From: a virus | Lineage: Duplodnaviria > Heunggongvirae > Uroviricota > Caudoviricetes | Reading direction: 5' to 3' (one strand) | IMG/VR virus record: IMGVR_UViG_2563366861_000002 | Length of the DNA: 49,107 nt | In this document: piece by piece, positions 48,937-49,107 of the stretch | Numbering within the stretch: the stretch's first letter is position 1 | How the letters are laid out: each line of letters opens with the position of its first letter | Program-made: the position numbers and the translations under genes | The notes under the pieces: model-generated | Databases searched by the model: none | Told to the model about the DNA's origin: nothing | Seen by the model: the letters and a program-made list of their open reading frames with translations, nothing else

Positions 48937-49107
48937 ATGGTCCGTCTGCCCCCTGTGGTGATGTCAGCAAAATCAGCCACTGCGCGAACCACAATAGCCC
49001 GGGAAGATGCTGAAGATCACCAGGTAAAGCTATCAGCGCAGAAACTGGAAGAACTGCTCGCATCAATGGTTAAGGATGAGGTTGATCGCAATGATGGGAT
49101 TTATTGA
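48937..49107 (+). CDS. hypothetical small protein
   Basis: Internal ATG (MVRLPP...) with GGAGG upstream; 56 aa; no homology recognised. Confidence 0.3.
   Translation: MVRLPPVVMSAKSATARTTIAREDAEDHQVKLSAQKLEELLASMVKDEVDRNDGIY

Overview
This window is a near-complete lambda-like (lambdoid) prophage of an enterobacterial host, identified by reading the six-frame translations against remembered lambda, phage 21 and E. coli Rac proteins; no database search was possible. Left to right: int/xis (the integrase lacks its catalytic-tyrosine segment), a large DEDDh exonuclease and AT-rich early-left small genes, a Rac-like immunity region (RacR-like repressor flanked by TTAGGC-N3-GCCTAA operators, YdaS/Cro-like, YdaT-like), an O-like replication initiator with internal iterons, a nin-like region carrying a hok/gef type I toxin and an XRE-HTH + ImmA/IrrE peptidase moron, DUF968-like protein, RusA, Q with a lambda-like pR'/tR', an orphan DNA methyltransferase, phage tRNAs (Ile-CAT, Arg-TCG, one truncated), a duplicated structured element where Stx phages carry stx, a sialate O-acetylesterase-like gene, and a phage-21-type lysis cassette. 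After the lysis genes comes an AT-rich convergent two-gene cassette (predicted PD-(D/E)xK nuclease plus a 355-aa partner) immediately upstream of a lambda-identical cos site; I rank this as the best candidate for an undescribed or poorly described accessory system. The rest is a collinear lambda head/tail module (Nu1, A, W, B, C, D, E, FI, FII, Z, U, V, G/T with conserved -1 frameshift site, H, M, L, K, I, J, lom, stf, tfa), with a lipoprotein moron between I and J and a SAM-methyltransferase moron flanked by duplicated tfa 3' ends.
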